DNA of 56,567 bases, from the NCBI GenBank assembly GCA_051942245.1, contig JAVECL010000089.1, positions 1 to 56,567 on the forward strand, written 5' to 3'. Below are positions 11,946-22,151 of this stretch, one piece after another. Each line of letters begins with the position of its first letter. Position 1 is the stretch's first letter. Under the pieces are notes generated by a model, which worked only from the letters and a program-made list of their open reading frames with translations, made no database searches and was not told the DNA's origin. Position numbers and translations under genes: made by a program. This stretch comes from Trypethelium eluteriae (lineage: Eukaryota).

Positions 11946-13660
11946 TCAAAATTCGTTCGCGCATTCGTACGAAGTAGACATGATGGGATCACCATTCTTG
12001 TATTTGCTGACGGCGGGATATGGGCAAAGGGCCTGATGCCTAATCGTGCCATTGATTGCGCTGGCGCTGGTAGTTGCCAGAGTCTCCGGAACTGTACCAT
12101 TCTCGACCCAATCTCTTAATGCACCTAACACATCATCGGGTAGAGGTCCGTAGCCATTTCCACAGTGTCCAACACCAGGTGCGAAAAAGACACGGTAGAA
12201 ATCTTGGGTGTCAGGGTAAATACTGTTGACACGGTCGTAGTAATTTGCGGTACCATTCGGCATTATGGTACTGTCAGCCAGCCCTTGCCAAGTAATCATC
12301 TTGGCGCCTCGTTTGCGGAAAGGTCCAAGATTTGCGTCGGAAGTACCGATTACGGAGTCATACTGTTGATGGGATTTTTGAAACAATGATTGAAACTCGG
12401 AGTAATCGATCTTGGCTGCAAAGGTTCAGCTAAGTTTGAACGGAGGTACTCAACTCTGCAACAGGTTCAAGTGAAGATTGGCTGCAACTTACCTGTATCA
12501 GCAGAGGCATTTTTGTACAGAAAATCTCTGAACCAACTATCCGAGATTGCAAAGGGTTGCGCGACTGTGGACCCGTTCGGCCACGTGAATGTTAGGGCTA
12601 GAGTGCTGAAGTTTGCTCCGCGCAGGATCCCGTACCATAGGCTATCGCCATCCAGTGTTGTCGGGCCTTTCCAGACCTGAGCAGCCGGGGCTCCGTCCTC
12701 AGTCCTGGGACCATCCCAGATCATCCGAATGACCTTAGCCGTATCGTTTGAGAACACAACAGTTGAATTATCATCGCATTCAAAAGTTTGGCCCACGATA
12801 GTGACGGGATCGAAGAAGCAGCGTCCGGGTGCTCCGATGATACCGTCAACAAGGCCATCAATCGCATCACAAGCCGACACTGCGGCAGCAGTAGCATAGT
12901 CGAATTCGCATTGTCGCGGGAAATGACGCTCATTGTTCATCACTGTAAAAGGCCATTGCTGAGCAGGCGTGAAATCATTCCAATTCACAGCGGGAGCTGA
13001 AGCGACAATTCCATCGTAATCATCGGGATAATTCTGCGCTTCGCCTAATCCTTGTCTCCCGCCCGTTGAGCATCCTTGCCAATAGGAGTATTTCGGAGGA
13101 TTGCCGTAGAAACTTTCGACGATTTGTTTCCCAATTACAGTCATTTCATGAACCGATCTCGACGCAAAATTCAGGAGAAGGTACTGATTCACGTTGCCAG
13201 GACTGGCAAGTGCCCATGCATCCGCAGAGTTTGGGTTCATACCAACTCCTGCATCTGTACCAACAGCGGCGTAGCCACGCTGGACTGCTGGAGCTAAAGT
13301 GTCCCAGTTGGAGACGGCCTCATATCCTCCTCCACCAATACCAACGAATCGTTCATTCCACGCCTCAAGAGGCAGCCAGACCTGGTTGAGGACAGTATCA
13401 TTGGCGCCAGGATGTGTGAGAGTGACGTTGATCTGACAGAAGCTAAGACCACTTATGTTCTGCGCAGGCCAATTGTTTGAGAAGGTCGGAATTTCAAGGG
13501 CGTAGTTTGTAACGAGGGCGGTTGTCAACGAGGTTATTTCAGCGCCATAGACTTGAGGAGTTGCAATGCTGTTTGCTGAACATTGTGTGCTGTTGAGTGG
13601 AGTGGCTTGGACGTAAAGCAAGTGCAAAAGAAGTAGCTGCAGAAGCTTCAGATTAGACAT
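11946..13660 (-). CDS. Secreted tannase/feruloyl esterase family protein; intron 12416-12492
   Basis: Signal peptide MSNLKLLQLLLLHLLYVQA. WNERFVGIGGGG, TDAG, GCSTGGRQG nucleophile, G--D and PGVGHC (CS-D-HC motif), C-terminal CPYP. The intron G|GTAAGT...GCAG|CC restores the frame. Confidence 0.93.
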
Positions 13661-14329
13661 GATCAAATTCGAAGTGGGGTGGATATGAAAGCCTCGTAGA
13701 AGTTGGAGGAGTCGACGTCGACATACCTTCATGCAACTCGATACGGAGCATGCTCATCTCTACTCGCGACAGCGGAAACCGAGATTGCTGGAATAGTACC
13801 ACTGCATTCCTCACAGTATGCCGGGCATCGGCAACGCGGTACTGATCGTGAGGGGAATATCGTTCTCCTGGCTTGAGTGACGTAGTGGAGAAGAAGAATG
13901 GCGGGGAGAACTCTGGCATGGGTCAGGTCTTTTCTGGGAAGGAGGGGAGCGACAAGCGGAAGAAAGCGTACAGGACACGGTGGCACGCGTTCGACAGAAA
14001 ACATTGCACCCCACAATCAGGGGATACCTCATCGAGTAAAAGCGGCGGTACCAATACTTACGCGTGGACGGATGGAAGCTCTGGGATTTCAGATCGCACG
14101 TGATTACTCCCAAGCTCCTGGAAAGAGAACGACAGCTTTTCCCTAAATATAGAGTACTTTATCCTCCGAATTACGAATGAGCGTACCAAAACATCTTCAT
14201 GTCTATGATCCTTTCCTACTAATCTCATACCAGTGTTGGAATACTAGGTTCTCTACAGGAACCTGGCAATGATAGAAGGAATCGAAAATGTCTGGCATAA
14301 CAAACTCTGCTCATGGTATCCAAGGAAAC

Positions 14330-15292
14330 TCATTTCGTCAAGACTCCCAGAATATGAGGTAGCACCTTATATACTGGCTCGTCAGGCGGCTGTGCTAGGT
14401 CGACGCTAGACCACGGTCCTGCTTCCTTCAAGTGCGTTGCGGTGTCGTTGCATAATCTACACGAACCCAAGAAGAAGGCCCAGAAGAAGTTGGTGTAGCC
14501 TGCCACACGTCAGTCTTGCAACAGATATACAGTGAAACACGTACGCTGGTACCAGCCAAGCAACATTCTACCTCTCTTGACCTTGACATGCTCGTAAACG
14601 TACCACCGACCACCTGGCTTAAGCAGTTTGTACAGAGCCTTGATATTTTTCTCTTGATCAGGTATGCTGCATAAGCACAATATCGAAACAATGCAATCAA
14701 TACTACCGGGTTCAATGGTCGTCGCGCTTCCGGTCGCATCCGGGTCGTCAAGCTGCTCGATGCCCACAGGTATGGCCTCGTACATGTCTTCCATGCCAAG
14801 CTCTTTCGTACGCTGTCGAAGAGCCTTCACCGATTGAGCGTGCGGTTCCACGCCATAGATCTTGCTGATACCGCGAGCTGCCACTCTTCTTCGCGTCGTG
14901 AGATCATCGGTGTTCTCAGCCTCGGCACCGGCATATTGCCCAGTGGTATTAATCTTCAAGAACACATCTGCCCACATGCCTGTGCCCGCTCCAACTTCCA
15001 AGATTCGCCCCGATACAGGCTTGCTCACGACTTGATTCGACACCTCAGCATTTCGCACTCTGCCTTCAAGCAAGGGTATCACACGCACTTCGGCGTTTGA
15101 CTTGACTTGCGGTCCCACGATCGCCCAGAGGTTGCCAAAGAGCGCATCACGAAAGCCATCGAGGCAGAATAAGGTCTGCCATCGACCTTCAGAAATAAGG
15201 GTGCGAATTGTGTAGGGAATCCGCCTGGCGGATATGCTCATGAATAGCCACGGAAAGGTGAGATGCTGGAAAACGTCCTTGAGCGTTTCCAT
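14330..15292 (-). CDS. Class I SAM-dependent methyltransferase (METTL7/TMT1-like); intron 14500-14544
   Basis: ILEVGAGTG motif I, YGVEP, DCIVSILCLCSIPD, LLKPGGRWYVYEHV. The 45-nt intron leads to an exon ending GSCRL...LPHILGVLTK* (305 aa). Confidence 0.85.
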
Positions 15293-16253
15293 GATTTCAA
15301 TATTATTATATATGGATCACGGTGTCCGCGACCGAATGTCCATACAATGGCTCGATGATTAACCAGCGACAGCTTCTTAGATTCCCCTACTCAGCGGGTG
15401 GTCTCTCAGAAGTGCTTGATGCAATAAAACTAGATGACTTTATAAAGTGCATGTGGCGGATACACAATCTCGTAGATTGGAGAATGCATATATTCTCAGA
15501 GTCGCATTAGAATAAATTGAAGAATATATATTGCACAGTTTTGTTTGAAAGCCTACCTAAAGTTAGATACATACCATTTGTCAGCTCCTCCTTTTTGATT
15601 AGTTGCAGCCGTCGGTGTTTGTCTGCTCCGACTGGCTCGTCCCTCTCATTCGCCCTGAATAGAACTCCTCTTCTCACCCTTCCATCTCTTCTTTGTTGTA
15701 TGTATTCGTCTGTCCACGCACCGCTCAACGCCCCCTCACGTTTCTCCGGTCTACACACAAAGTATTGCCAGCACATCACTCCCTGGTGTTCAATGTCGCT
15801 TTTCCAGCCTCTTCCCCCGCCCGGCGCCTTGTCCAAGCCGTTTACGCTCATCTCGCCCTGGATACTGGTCGGAATGCCGTCGAGCGAGATGCACACCTCT
15901 TTTAGCCTTACGCACTGATGCTATTGCTCCTAGGTATCTACGGTAAAGGTGTCGCTATATTTGGGTTGAGTCCCTCATCTCTCTGGCCAGGAAACAGTGA
16001 CATCGTCGCCGCTACTGCCTAGTCTGCTTTCCATATGGCATAGGTCTTGTTACTCACACAAGACACCTACATGTTGTTCTTGCCGCATGCATGTGATGCT
16101 GATGAGCCTCTCTCCTCAGTTGCAGTCTGCAATGCTTGACGTTTTGCGAGCTCGATCCTTCATTCACGACACCACACTTGAAGCTAATGTACCTCTCTCG
16201 GCCATGCCGAACAGCTGTTCTGCCTTTTCATGCGTCGGCGCAATTGACCTGAC

Positions 16254-16712
16254 TAGGTGCACGCAAGCAACTCATCGTGTGTCAAATATTCATTTGGCGA
16301 GATAGTATAAAGAATTAGCTTGTCTTCTCAGTTGGGCATTGCGGTAAACACTATCCCGCTCGTCCGTAGATGACTCTACAATGGAGCAAATGGACAGTGG
16401 TTCATGGTAGTGGACAATGTCGATGACGACATTACCATCGAGCTTCAGCACGACGGGAAGGGCAAATCGATGGCGTCATTGTTATCATGGAGCGAACATG
16501 GAGCAGTCCTCGTCGCCTGGCGGAATCCCAACATTGCACGGAGACTCGGCGGTCGTGAACAGGATATCATTGAGATCGGTACATTGCGTGAGTGCGAGGC
16601 TGTTACGCCTGCGAAGAACAACCCGAGAGATATCCCGCAAGAAGGCGCGGTACACCTTGGCAAGGCTTTCGACTGCATTCCACTTGCCATTATCCAAGCA
16701 GTGGCTTAGATT
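16254..16712 (+). pseudogene. Relic of a fungal NLR (NB-ARC domain)
   Basis: A single frame reads *VHASN...IPLVRR*LYNGANGQWFMVVDNVDD...GAVLVAWRN...IPLAIIQAVA*I. This matches NB-ARC WVHAS, Walker B (hhhhDNxDD), G-ILITTRN and LPLAI-QAAAYI motifs. Four in-frame stops; no P-loop seen. Confidence 0.8.
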
Positions 16713-16960
16713 ATTACTTCTAGCGGAGTTTAACGCTGACCTGCTAAGGTAACAAACATCGTCGTTTTCGCCTAAGGAAATAGGATCCACTAGAGACATC
16801 TCTCGTAGCTCCGTCCTGTTCACCTAGTAAGGATTTCTTCAATCTTGACATATTTCCATCGACCTAACAATCTATCGTTTTCGTCTTCCCAGCGTCTTTG
16901 CTTGTTTTCCTGTCGTTATTTGTGGAATTCCTTATCGATATCGCGCAAGGAGAGCCTGTA

Positions 16961-17090
16961 ATTACGCAATACGCCAACCAGATCTTTGATCGCGTATACT
17001 TTCCATAGCTAGGTGCGCCTCAAGCGTGACAGCTGCACTTTTCGGAAAGGTATCATGAAGATCTAGAGTTGCGTGCTCTTATGTCGCAAT
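16961..17090. promoter_or_regulatory. bZIP-type near-palindromes (ATTACGCAAT 16961-16970, ATGTCGCAAT 17081-17090) upstream of the MFS gene; TATAAA at 17279-17284
   Basis: Resemble CYS3/MetR-type ATGRYRYCAT sites; an exact match, ATGGCGTCAT, lies at 16470-16479. Motif match only. Confidence 0.35.
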
Positions 17091-17375
17091 GCGGAACCAG
17101 ACCTCGATTAAGTGTTACAAGACAATTCGGGCGAAAATCCACCGCGGAGTTCTTTCGTCAACCATGGTTAGATCTGGAACACAACCACATCTAAGATCTA
17201 ATCGGAAAGCAAATATGGGCGTTGACTAGACACTTCTGGCGCGGAAATTTGCTTTTGAGGGGATGTCTTGGGGATTAATATAAATGTGCCTAAAGACGCA
17301 GGCGTCTGGAGCCATCAGAGATTGACCCTATTGAGCAATCAAAATCCTTCTCTTCTCAAAGCATATCCTGTCCCA

Positions 17376-19472
17376 ATGCGTCAATCACTTGAACAGATAT
17401 CCGACCCATCACAGGGCTATATCTCCCAGGAAGGCAAAGAAGTAGGGTGGGCCTCTTTTGCAAGTATCGATGAGAAACTACCCTTGCCGACTGGCAGAAC
17501 TTTTCAGCCCTCAGGATTGGACGAAGACTTCTATCGTCCCGTTGAGAGCTATGAGGGTATTCACAGATACGATCCCAAATTCAATTGGGAACCAACGGAG
17601 GAGCGAAAGATTGTTCGCAAAGTACTTATTGAAGAAAGGCATATACGAAAGTGTCACTGTATACTGACCCACACCTTAGATTGACAAACGGATCTGTTCC
17701 TTTGTGTGTTTGATGTTCTTTGCTCTCCAACTTGATAGAGGCAACATAAGCCAGGCTTTATCCGACAATATGTTGAACAATTTGCGCATGAGCACCAACG
17801 ATTACAATTACGGCCAAACGATTTTTTATGCAAGCTTCTTAGCCGCTGAGCTACCATCTCAGATGATTTCGAAACGGCTTGGACCAGATCGTTGGATCCC
17901 CGTTCAGATGGTCTCATGGAGTCTTGTTGCTTCCATGCAAGCCTTCTTGAATGGACGAAGTTCGTTCCTCGTTTGTCGTGCTCTGCTGGGGCTCATTGAG
18001 GGAGGTTTTATTCCGGACTGCATCCTCTACCTGAGTTACTTCTACAAAAGCAATGAGCTACCAGCCAGGCTGTCATGGTTTTGGGTGGCTTATCAATCTA
18101 CTCAAATTGTCTCTGCATTCTTAGCTTATGGGATCCTCCGACTTCGAGGTCATAACGGTCTAGCTGGCTGGTTGGTTTTCACTTGAAGACATCATTGCGA
18201 TTGATGCTAAGCGTATTGCAGGCAATGGCTTTTTGCTCTTGAAGGTCTAATCACGGGCATCATTGGTATTGTCTCATACTTTTACCTACCCCCAAGTCCG
18301 ACTCAGACAAAGAGCTGGGCCCGTGGAAATGACGGTTGGTTTAATGAGCACGAAGAGAAGATCATGGTAAATCGAATTATCCGCGACGATCCCTCTAAGG
18401 GCGACATGCATAATAGACAGGCCCTCAGTCTGGGAATGCTTTGGGAATGCCTGTGTGACTGGCACATGTGGCCTATCTACGCGATTGGCCTATGCTGGCA
18501 GATACCGGTCGTAAGTTCCCATCATTCGATCGTTAATCAGGCTCTCGCATTGATGATAGTGCAACAGTATCCAGTTACTCAATACCTTACACTGAACTTG
18601 AAAGCACTTGGTTTTGGAACCTTTGATACGAATCTATTGACAATTCCAGCGTAAGTCGAATCTCTTGAATCACGGTTTAACGGAACTAGACTAAAGTGGG
18701 GACAGTTATGTGCTCTTCATCATTCAATTACTCTTTTGGACCTGGTTGTCTGAAAAAGTCGACCAGCGACTTCTCCTGGGCATTGCATCCCAGGTCTGGC
18801 CATTAATCATGCTTATTCCATTAGAAGTCCTTCCTGCCCATGCATCTCATTGGAGTAAATGGGCACTAAGCTCGCTAATTGTTGGCTCGCCCTATCTGCA
18901 CGCAGTTCAAGTTGCAATCACAAGCCGGAACGCTGGAAGCGTAAGGACAAGAACAGTAGCAAGCGCACTCTACAACATGTTCGTCCAGGCTAGCTCGATC
19001 ATTGCTTCAAACGTGAGTATCCATGCCCGATGCAATTGGCAAACTTATGGTGGTGATGCTCACTCTTATTGTAGATCTATCGCGACGATGATAAGCCCCT
19101 GTACCGCAGGTTAGTCTCTAGCACTGCCCTGTAGCTCATGTGTCTAATTTTTACTCATAGAGGCAACAAAGCTCTCATTGGTGTCTGCATATTCAACATT
19201 TTTCTATATATTGCGGCAAACTATTTCTACATATATATGAACAAGTGAGTGCATTCTTCGGACTTGTCAACAAGTCGTCTCGGAATATTGTAGCTGACGT
19301 CTGATTTTGCCAAAGACGCCGCGACGCAATTTGGAATGGAAAGACGCAGAAGGAGAAGGAGGATTATCTAGCGATGACAGAAGATAAGGGCAACAAGAGG
19401 TACTTCGATCTATCGGTACCACCTTCATAAATGCTAAACTTTGATAGGCTCGACTTTCGCTTCGCTCATTGA
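17376..19472 (+). CDS. MFS transporter, allantoate permease (Dal5) family, SOA1/AstA-like sulfonate/sulfate transporter; 8 introns
   Basis: YEGIHRYDP-F-W---E, LQLDRGNISQALSDNML, ELPSQMISKRLGPDRWIP, EGGFIPD, RDDPSKGDMHNRQ, SRNAGSVRTRTVASALYNM, C-terminal GNKRLDFRFAH*. Introns 17622-17679, 18171-18221, 18511-18567, 18651-18705, 19013-19074, 19110-19160, 19245-19315, 19400-19447. Confidence 0.9.
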
Positions 19473-20119
19473 AGGCTGACTGTCGCAGACGAGTGACGTG
19501 GTGGGAATATAGATTTGAAAGGGAAAATTAAGGATCAAGAGGAAACGTTAAATCAGGTGTCACAGAAATAATCGGGAGTCTTGTGCTTCAGTGTGGTTTA
19601 TACAATGAGAAGCTCAGCGAATATTGAGATCGTGCGATTGACTGACATCTGCTTGTTCCATAATTCGCGAGTAGAGTATTGAACAATCTCTTATCACTCC
19701 TCAGAAGCAGAACAAGATCTGGAGAAACTTTTGGAGATAGAGTCTCTCCTAAACAAAGCTTGCTTGATGCCCTTAAATGGGCAGACCTTGGATTTATCGA
19801 TGATCCAGACTAATTGCCCGATTCAAGGATGACTGAATATAGTACCAAATCTTGCAGCCTGGCTTCTTCCAACCACCATAAGATGAACGAGGGGGTTCTC
19901 AACTCATACTCCTTTCTAACGCGAAAAGACCTACTATTTTTGGCAGAGGAACAAGAATTAAACTCTTTCATCGGGCCATCCTATGTATATGATGTTCTGA
20001 GTACATCCAGACCACTGAGAGTTACAATTTGTACTTCGCTTGCGAAGAAATAAGATATCTACTCTGTCAGAAGATCTCCAGAGCCGGAGTTGACAAATTG
20101 TGCAAGCTGCTGCCCCATC

Positions 20120-20770
20120 TCAAAGTTTGCGTTCTACAAGAAACAAGCATATCGCTAGAGCAGCTGTAGCAAAGGCAAGAGAAAGTGCTAACATCATGAG
20201 TCTATGTCTATCGTTCAGATGAAGAGTTTACTTACCGTGGGAATACTCTAAACTCATGATGTAAGCATGGACAGTGAGCTCATGTAGCCTCCCTTTGAGT
20301 GCCATGACATAAGAGATATCGGATATCGTCCGATCGATGATCTAAACAAATCAGTCAAGAGCCATCCGAGGACTTCATGAGTAAAAGCAAAGTATGCGGT
20401 GGCAAACTTACCTTCTGGGCTCCCTCAACACCTTTCAAAGAACTGTGAAGCAGTTTCCGCAGTGTAGCAGTCAAAACCACGCTCGAGGTTGAAACGCCAA
20501 CTGTGAACCCAATACTGCCACTTAAGAGAAGCCCTGCAATTGCAATAGCATGGTAGCGAGTCTCAAGACCCGCGTTAAGGCTAATAAACAATGAGCCCTC
20601 TGCAAGACCCATGCCAAATCCCCTGTGATTTTATCAGGCTGTCAATACATCTCGAGGTAGCGGCAGCGCTCATCTGAAAAGAGTAATGGCTGTTCACAAA
20701 TCACACGGCTACACGTATAAATAGACTGAGGAAGATGACCTCAGATTCTCCAGTGAAGCTATAAACCGCC
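20120..20770 (-). pseudogene. 3' relic of a 14-TM (DHA2/Vba-like) MFS transporter
   Basis: GFGMGLA...AIAIAGLLLSGSIGFTVGVS...LRKLL...|IIDRTISDISYV..., a 1-nt frameshift near 20290, then LHELTVHAYIMSLEYSH|ALSL...ERKL*. Two GTAAGT introns are retained. Stop in HWRI*; 5' part absent. Confidence 0.7.
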
Positions 20771-20959
20771 CGCGGTCGGCAAGTCGTTGATTATTATTGG
20801 CCGCTCGCCACCATGGAAAATGTCGAACTTTGCCAGGAGTAAAGCCTCCATTTTAACCCTATCCAGATCTTTGCTTTCTTTCCCTCCTATCTAGCGCTGA
20901 GCCATCCACTCGCCATCTCAGTGCATAGCTGGATGTGGGTTGAAATCGGCTTTTCTGTC

Positions 20960-21612
20960 TCTGCTGTCTGTTGGAATGTGTGCGGCTCTTGGTCTCTATT
21001 GAGTAGCTATATCCAAGATTTCTACTTCGACAGTTCTCTGCCTCTCGTTTCGCTTGTTCAGGGCAAGTATGCCTCGAATCAGCACCTGCGGTCGTCCACT
21101 TCTGCAAAGATCGTTCAGGCCCCGGCCCTCCGCACATTGTGACCGCAAGGACGGGATTAGCCGCACATTTCACACACCTCACTCCGTCTGTAGTAGTCAT
21201 GGATCTATACATCGATAATGACGAAGCAGATACCTCAAAAACAAAGCTAGAAGTGAAGGCTGCCTTGCAAATATTCGAGGATACTAAACATATATCCCGG
21301 CATTCTGGCCGATTCTTGCGCTCTTTATGTTAGATTTTACAGAGGCAAGACGTCCACTTCGTCGATTCATCAAACTGAATAATGGACCCCATCTAAAGCC
21401 ATAGCCATAAGACTACTCCTAATGGCTCTTCTAACACTTTTAACGACGATCGGATACAGTCCATACAGCTTGGACTGGAAGCGAATGACCTAGGCTTTAC
21501 TTTCGACACATCACACGATGAGTCCTGGCAGATAGCAACTCGAAACGAATAGCGTCTTGATTTATTAGAGTAGGCTAACTTGTTGTCAGCCTTCGGCTCG
21601 CGACCACTGTAA
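20960..21612 (+). pseudogene. 3' relic of a fungal-specific (Zn2Cys6-type) transcription factor
   Basis: *LYPRFLLRQ...CLESAPAVV...HL..VVVMDL...EVKAALQIFE...SRHSGRFLRSLC*IL...*ANLLSAFGSRPL* resembles the C-terminal region of fungal TFs. Several stops; no zinc cluster present. Confidence 0.65.
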
Positions 21613-22151
21613 CGAAAAGTGCAAAAATATCGATATTAAACGTTGTCCAGCGCTTTCGAAAGGGTATTCGGGCACCACTCGAAGCGAATTGTTCCTGGGA
21701 GATTTCTTTTATTGAAGATGTTCCCCAGCGCAATTTTCAGTTGTGCAGAAAGACCGTAGAATCATGGTTGAGGACCAGCGACTCTGCAGATAACAAAGTT
21801 TCCCAGGTTCAGAACGTGTGAGGCAATCCGCTCCAGAATAATGGGAGGCGAAGATCATGAATGGCAGCGAGCAAGGGCGCGCGCAGCTAAGGCCAGTCCT
21901 GAGCAACGAGAAGAATGCTTGAGCAAAGGGCGTCCAGCGTTAAATGTCCCTAAGGAACTTGATCAGCCACGGCGTTGTGCTTCATTACCAGTCGCAAACA
22001 ATACTATGCGCGATTTGGATGTCATATGGACTTGCAATCTCCGCGACGATAGAAGAGTCAGACACTAAAGTTGAGCGGACGTATTGGAGATCAGATTTGG
22101 ACGTGGTCGCAGCGACTTTATTATTCTCTAGATGTAGCAAATATGCGCTAT

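Noticed and set aside
15507..15918. Overlapping 129-133 aa ORFs on both strands
   Set aside because: Non-ATG starts, no recognisable motif, and upstream in-frame stops.
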